From assembly GCF_009914755.1 (NCBI RefSeq), contig NC_060939.1: 64,000 nucleotides of DNA; one strand, written 5' to 3'. A program made the position numbers and the translations under genes. The stretch's first letter is position 1. The number at the start of each line of letters is the position of its first letter. Shown piece by piece: positions 59,983-64,000 of the stretch. Below the pieces are notes generated by a model. That model was not told the origin of the DNA. It worked only from the letters and a program-made list of their open reading frames with translations, and searched no databases. Source of the DNA: the human T2T-CHM13v2.0 reference genome, Homo sapiens.

Positions 59983-62745
59983 AAGAAACACTGCTGATTT
60001 TTGTATGTTGACTTTGTATCCTGAAACATTACTGAAGTACATTACGGAATTTATATATCAGTTCTAACAGCTTTTTAGTGGGGTCTTGAGGATTTTCTAT
60101 ATAACATTATGTTGTTGACAACCACAATATCACTTCTTCCTTTTGAATCTGGATGCCTTTTATTTCTTTTTATTACCTAATTTCTGTGGCTAACAATTCC
60201 AGTAATACACTGAATTGAAGTGTAACAGAAGTGGTGACAGTGGGCATCCTTTTCTTGTTCCTGATCCTAAGAGTAAAGCTTTCAACTTTTCACCAATGAG
60301 TATAATGTCAGCTGTGGGCTTGTCACATATCGCCTAATTATATTGAGGAACAGTCCTTCTATACCTAATTCGTTGAGCTTTTATCATGACAGGTTGAATT
60401 TTGTCAAATTCTTTTTCTGCATGTGTTGAAATGACAGTATGGTTTTTGCTATTCACTGTGTTAATATGATAAATCACATTTATTGATTTGCATATATTGA
60501 ACCATTCTTGTATCGCAAGAATAAACCCCAACTGATCATGGTAAATGATCCTTTCAATGTCGTATTGAATATGGTGTAGTAGCATTTTGATGAAGATATC
60601 TGCACTATTTACAATAGCAAAGACTACTGTGAATAGTGCTGCAATGAATGTACAGGTGCATGTGTTTTTGGTAGAACAATTTATTTTCCTTTGAGCATGC
60701 ACCCAGTCATGGCACTGCTGGGTTGAATGGGAGTTCAACTCTTAGTTCTTTGTGAAATCTCCAAACTTCTCCGTAGTAGCTGAACTAATTTTCTTGTAGT
60801 ACTTTCGTATGGCTTTGCTATCAGGGTAATGCTGGCCTTATAAAATGAGTTTGAGGTATTCTCTCCAGTTCAATTTTTTGAAAGAGTTTGAATAGGACTG
60901 GTATTCATTTTTCTTTAAATGTTTGGTAGTGTTGCATCATGAAACTATCTGGTCCTGGGCTAATCTTTTATGAAAGAATTTCTATTGCTGGCCAGGCATG
61001 GTGGCTCAATGCCTGTAATGTCCTGAAGAATGTCCTATGTATGCTTCAGACGAATGTGTATTCTGCTGCTGTTGACTGAAATGTTCTGTATATGTCTATT
61101 AAATGCATTTGGTCCACTGTTTTCTTCAAATCCATTGTTTCCTTATTGATTTTTGGTGTGGATGGTCTGTTCATTGTTGAAAGTGGGGTACTGAAATCCC
61201 CTAGGATTACTGTATTGTAGTTTATCTCTCTCTTCAGATGTCTCAATATTTGCTTCATGCTTTTAGATGCTACAATGTTGGGTGCATATATATTTAAAAT
61301 TGTTACATCCTTTTGATGACCATACCCCTTTTTATTATTATATGTTGACCTTCTTTATCTCATCTACAGTTTTTGACTTTATTTTGTCTGTTATAAGGAT
61401 AACTACTGTTGCTCTCTTTAGGTTTTCATTTGCGTGGGATACTTTTTTCCATCCCTTAATGTTCATTCTCTGTACATCGTTAAAGCTAAAGTGAGTCTCT
61501 CGCAGGTAGCATATAGATGAGTCTCTCTTTTTTTAATGCATTCAGGCACTCTGTGGCTTTTAATTGGAGAATTTAATCCATTTACATTCAAACCAGTTAT
61601 TGATAGGTAAAGATTTACTAGTGCCACTTTGTTCATTATTTTATCATTTTGTAGAGCCTTTCTTCCAATAATTCTGTCTTCCCTTTGTGGTTTGATGGTT
61701 TTCTATAGCAGTATGACTTCCATCCTTTTATCTTTTGTGTATCCACTAAAGGTGGTCACCTTGAGGCTTACATAAAAAGCCAGTCATATACTTACAACTG
61801 GCTATTTTATGCTTACAAAAACTAAACTTTCATTGCATGCATAAACCCTACACTTTTACTCACCCTTCATGTTTTATCTTTTTGATGTTACATTTTATAT
61901 CTTTTTATAATTTGTGTCCCTTCACAAACTATTGTAGCTGCCATTGTTTCAACAGTTTTGTATTTCAACCTTTATACTAGAGATATCATTGATTTACACA
62001 CTGGCATCACATAATTAAAATGTTTGAATTAGACAGTGTACTTACTTTTATCAGTGAGTTTTCTGCTTTCATGTTCTCATGGTACTAATTATCACTGTCC
62101 TTTAGCTTGAAGAACTTTCTTTAGAGAACTCTCAAGAAAGAAGTTCAAGAAAGTAGAACTCTACTTGTAAGTCAGGTCTAGCAGTGCTGAATTCCCTTAG
62201 CCATCATTTGTCTGAGAAAGTTGTTATCTCCTTTTCATTTTTGAAAGACAAAATTGCTGGGCATAGTACTATGGTTGGCAGGTCTTTTTTCTCAGAGGAT
62301 TTTGAATCCCACTAACTCTGGCATGCAAGGTTTCTCATGAAAAATCTGATGATAGTCTTGTGGGGGACCCTTGTATTTAACATGTTGCTTTTTCATTGTT
62401 GCTTTTTAAAAAATACTCTGTCTTTAATTTTTGACAAATTGATTATAACATGTCTTAATAAGGATCTCTTTGGATGGATAGTATTCGGTGTCCTTTGAAT
62501 TTTCTAGATCTGGAGTTCTATTTCCCCAGGCTTGAGTAGTTTTCTGCCTTTACATCTTTGAAAGTGTTTTCTCTCACTTTTTCTTTCTTCTCCTTCAGGT
62601 ATTTTTTGAATTTATCTTGTTTCTCTATTTGGAACATACTTCCCCATTTCTTCATTTGCCTTTACCCTCTGTGTTGTTTTCTGCACATTAGATAACCTAA
62701 TAGCTTCTCCCAATCTTGTTTAGTGTAGAAGAACCTAACCAGTCA

Positions 62746-62979
62746 GTCTGGCCAGAAATTCTAGGGTACCTCTCAAACCTTTGTGTTTGTCCAAACTGCT
62801 GCCTTTGTTTTTTGTTGTCTCCAGGAAATTAGGATGTGCCAAGTTCCGTTAGTACCTCAAAAGTCTGGCCAGAAATTCTAGGGTACCTCTCAAACCTTTG
62901 TGTTTGTCCAAACTGCTGCCTTTGTTTTTTGTTGTCTCCAGGAAATTAGGATGTGCCAAGTTCCGTTAGTACCTCAAAA
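62746..62979. repeat. Perfect 117-bp tandem duplication
   Basis: 62746-62862 identical to 62863-62979. Confidence 0.95.
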
Positions 62980-64000
62980 CATTTGAGAGAGAAGTCATTC
63001 CCCCTAGACACAGCTAGAAAGGTTGAAGTGTTAAGTGTGTTCCAGTTCCTTCTATCCTCGTGGTGAAGCTGACAGTAGGATTCTCTCTGCACTACGCTGA
63101 AGAGAGGAATTCTAGCAAACGTCTATATTTTAGATCAGACTGCATTATCTCATCTTGGGGGAAAAAAGTGGGCCCACTGAATGCCCATTTATTTGTTTTC
63201 AGTGGTCTAGAGACTCAGAAATTCAGTGTCCCATCAATTCCCAGAACTATAAGGTTAAGGCGGCTATCCCTTGGGAGGGAGCAGTGGCAGCTGTGATCAA
63301 TCCATGAATAAACTCCTTCCAAGGATAATCTACAGAGATAATCTGCTCTAGCTTTATTGCTGGAGCAAGCCAGATGAAAAAACTCAGGAAACGCTGGAAC
63401 TCACAGTCAGTATCCCAGGGTTCTGCTGTTTCTTTGCCCATTGGCTACTAGATGCAGCCTAGAGAGGAGCCCAATCCTCAAACAATGGCTAGAGAAGTAT
63501 ACAGACAAACCCCTTCCAGAAATTAACTGGGGAGTGTGCTTTTTAACTGCTTATCTGCATTGATCCAGGGGGCTGTAGTCCCTGGAAATGTCTGTGTGTT
63601 TAAAACCACCTCTTTGTTCTCTGTCACTGCAATTCATATTTTCTAAGATTTATATACAGTATCTACTACTGCATGTAATTATTTTGAGATTCATTCACGT
63701 TGTTACACGCATCAATAGTTTATTCATTTTTATTGGTGAGTTAAGTATTCAATTATATGGATATACCACAGTGTGTTTATCCATATTTCTGTTGATGAAA
63801 GTTTGAGTTGCTTCAAGTTTTTTGCTATTACAAATAAAGCTGCTATACACATTAATAAAACAAACAAAGCAAAATGAAACAACAACCCCTGCAAAAAAAT
63901 AAAAAAATAAAAAAAAACCAGAGCTATATTAACAGAGGGGCAAGTACTGCTCACCAAATCCTGCCCACTATTTATATATGGTTTATATGGGTTAAAATAA

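Overview
Human genomic DNA: a 64 kb internal slice of MYO9A (myosin IXA, a RhoGAP-myosin; chr15q23 from memory), transcribed on the minus strand. The species call rests on an AluYb8 element and an exact protein match. I resolved 14 constitutive coding exons, all with GT-AG boundaries and consistent reading phases. They are probably exons 19-32 (numbering recalled from NM_006901, not verified). They encode the end of the class-IX loop-2 insertion, the motor C-terminus, the IQ neck, a 1572-bp tail exon and the tail up to just before the C1 domain. There is also a 213-nt in-frame cassette exon (71 aa). The introns are packed with Alu, L1, LTR and DNA-transposon relics. I see no new gene or prokaryote-type system. 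The most interesting observations are: (1) a candidate RNA-structure/RBFOX/G-quadruplex splicing module downstream of the 213-nt exon; (2) an L1PA2 inside an AluY inside an old L1, with both TSDs intact and the L1 in sense orientation to the gene; (3) a young AluYb8 whose TSD has grown an (AT)26 microsatellite; (4) a perfect 117-bp tandem duplication; (5) a candidate 55-nt poison exon; (6) several templated or non-classical insertions and local duplications. Old-repeat boundaries and subfamily names are by-eye estimates.
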